Under the pieces are notes generated by a model. That model ran no database searches. It had not been told where the DNA came from and worked only from the letters and a program-made list of their open reading frames with translations. A stretch of 64,000 bases of DNA from Candidatus Falkowbacteria bacterium. Its GTDB lineage: Bacteria > Patescibacteriota > Patescibacteriia > Patescibacteriales > UBA12465. Positions 62,764 to 64,000 of this stretch are shown here, piece by piece. The DNA lies in the NCBI GenBank assembly GCA_012800315.1, contig JAAZJO010000006.1:10172-74171 (forward strand), in the 5' to 3' direction. Each line of letters begins with the position of its first letter. Position 1 is the first letter of the stretch. A program made the translations under genes and the position numbers.

Positions 62764-63447
62764 TTATTCTTGTTTTTTGCTATTAATTATTTCTGTTTCC
62801 CGTTTTTTCTTTTTTCTGATCTGCCTAATAACAAATAAAGCTCCGATAGCTAATAAAATAATTACAGTTTCTTGATAATACTTAGCAAACAGTGCTTGAT
62901 TTTCACCAATAAAATATCCTAAAAAAGCTAAAATACTTACCCAGATAAAAGCGCCTAAAGCAGTAAATAAAACGAAAGAGCCATAAGGCATGCGGGAGAA
63001 TCCGGCAGGAATAGAAATTAAATGACGAATAACTGGTAATAAACGTCCTAAAAAAGTAGCCGATTTAGCGTTAGTTAAAAAATATTTTTCTGCCCGCTCA
63101 ATTTTTTCTGGAGAGATAAGTAAAAAACGAGCAAACCGATGACTAGCTAATTTATAAATCAAGGGACGACCAATTATTAATGACAATACATAGTTAAATG
63201 TTGCTCCTAAAATACTACCTAAAGTACCAAATAAAATAATTAAAACTAAATTCATTTTTCCCTGACTAGCTAAATAAGCCGCTGGCGGAATAACTACTTC
63301 TGAGGGTAAGGGTAAAAATGACGATTCAACCGCCATTAAAATAACTATTCCTAAATAGCCTAAACCTTCAGTAATATTAAGAATCCAAGTAAGTAGTGCA
63401 TTTAGCATAAGATAAAAAAATATTGAGCATAGCAACCATAATAGCAA
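62764..63447 (-). CDS. DedA/SNARE-associated family membrane protein
   Basis: YLGIVILMAVESSFLPLPSEVVIPPAGYL-type motif (here ...PPAAYLA) and GRLLPVIRHLISIPAG. The start is uncertain; an alternative Met lies at 63408. Confidence 0.8.
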   Translation of the reverse strand: MLLWLLCSIFFYLMLNALLTWILNITEGLGYLGIVILMAVESSFLPLPSEVVIPPAAYLASQGKMNLVLIILFGTLGSILGATFNYVLSLIIGRPLIYKLASHRFARFLLISPEKIERAEKYFLTNAKSATFLGRLLPVIRHLISIPAGFSRMPYGSFVLFTALGAFIWVSILAFLGYFIGENQALFAKYYQETVIILLAIGALFVIRQIRKKKKRETEIINSKKQE

Positions 63448-63459
63448 ATTTTTCTTGAT

Positions 63460-64000
63460 ATGTCGATTAATAAAAATAACAAAAAAATACGCATAATTTT
63501 CATGGGCACTCCAGAGTTTTCTTTACCGGGATTAAGGGCTTTGATAGCTGAAAAAGATTTTGAAATAGTCGGTGTTTTTACTCAAGCTGATAAACCTGTC
63601 GGACGAGAGCAAGCAATAACTCCGCCACCAGTAAAAATTTTAGCTTTAGAAAATAATTTACCTATTTTTCAACCAGAAAAAATAAAAGAGTCCCTAGGAA
63701 CTATTAAAAAACTATCTCCAGATTTAATTGTGGTAATTGCTTATGGGAAAATAATCCCTCAAAACATTTTAGATGTTCCAACTTATGGCTGCCTTAATGT
63801 TCACGCTTCCCTACTACCAAAATATCGCGGAGCCGCTTGTCTGAATGCTCCTATTTTAAATGGTGATTCTGAAACTGGTGTAACTATAATGAAAATGGAA
63901 GCTAGTCTTGACACTGGCCCAATTCTACGACAAGCTACTATTAAGCTTGAGGGAAAAGAAAAGCTAGTAGATATTCATGATGCCCTAGCCACTCTAGGCG
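63460..64000 (+). CDS. fmt: Methionyl-tRNA formyltransferase, N-terminal part (continues beyond the window)
   Basis: Not in the ORF track because it is open-ended. Translation gives MSINKNNKKIRIIFMGTPEFSLPGLRALIAEKDFEIVGVFTQADKPVGREQAITPPPVK...GCLNVHASLLPKYRGAA, the Fmt signature. Confidence 0.88.
   Translation, partial: MSINKNNKKIRIIFMGTPEFSLPGLRALIAEKDFEIVGVFTQADKPVGREQAITPPPVKILALENNLPIFQPEKIKESLGTIKKLSPDLIVVIAYGKIIPQNILDVPTYGCLNVHASLLPKYRGAACLNAPILNGDSETGVTIMKMEASLDTGPILRQATIKLEGKEKLVDIHDALATLG

Noticed and set aside
61940-63460. def and fmt separated by an oppositely oriented DedA gene, considered as a rearrangement or insertion.
   Set aside because: There are no repeats, integrase or compositional break. 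Gene-order variation of def/fmt is common, so this is not informative on its own.
1-64000. An alternative genetic code (UGA recoding, as in some CPR lineages).
   Set aside because: All conserved genes are intact under the standard code with no in-frame stops, and a TGA is used as a stop at 15777-79. There is no evidence for code 25 or code 4.

Overview
AT-rich (by eye about one-third G+C, not computed), very gene-dense chromosomal window. It holds about 62 protein genes and 5 tRNAs (Val-CAC, Leu-CAG, Trp-CCA, Tyr-GUA, Thr-GGU). I found no rRNA, CRISPR array, transposase, integrase or phage genes. Standard genetic code: ORFs are intact under code 11, TAA stops dominate, and at least one TGA stop occurs at 15777.

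Most content is housekeeping:
- rpsB-tsf
- rlmN
- a tgt-family gene
- a truncated dcw cluster (mraZ-rsmH-ftsL-ftsI-murF) running into rmlD/rmlA/glycosyltransferase genes
- cysS, hisS, typA, rnhB, rarA, adk, mutM, rpmG, gyrB
- tpiA, eno and pgk
- clpB
- def and fmt

Several features suggest a small-genome Patescibacteria/CPR-like bacterium, which is inference only: small proteins, a half-length TsaB, DUF4012/DUF11-like giant envelope proteins, a T4SS-pilin-like small protein, no Shine-Dalgarno motifs, and rubrerythrin plus desulforedoxin.

I see no clear self-contained novel system such as a defence island, a toxin-antitoxin module or a biosynthetic gene cluster.

The most unusual items are:
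1. A membrane-anchored Hsp100/Clp paralog with a degenerate first ATPase module. It sits in an apparent operon with a small membrane protein and a WecA-QueH fusion gene, divergent from a CIRCE-controlled canonical clpB.
2. A TGT homolog lacking all four zinc ligands.
3. A domain-deleted, ligand-depleted iPGM-like gene next to eno-pgk.
4. An envelope and glycosylation locus containing large uncharacterised membrane proteins and a sigma-region-4/HARE-HTH protein.
5. Three tRNAs abutting downstream CDS starts by 5-10 nt.
6. A clean promoter plus three 10-bp-phased GGTGAA boxes upstream of mraZ.

All functional calls come from by-eye motif recognition. No database searches were run.
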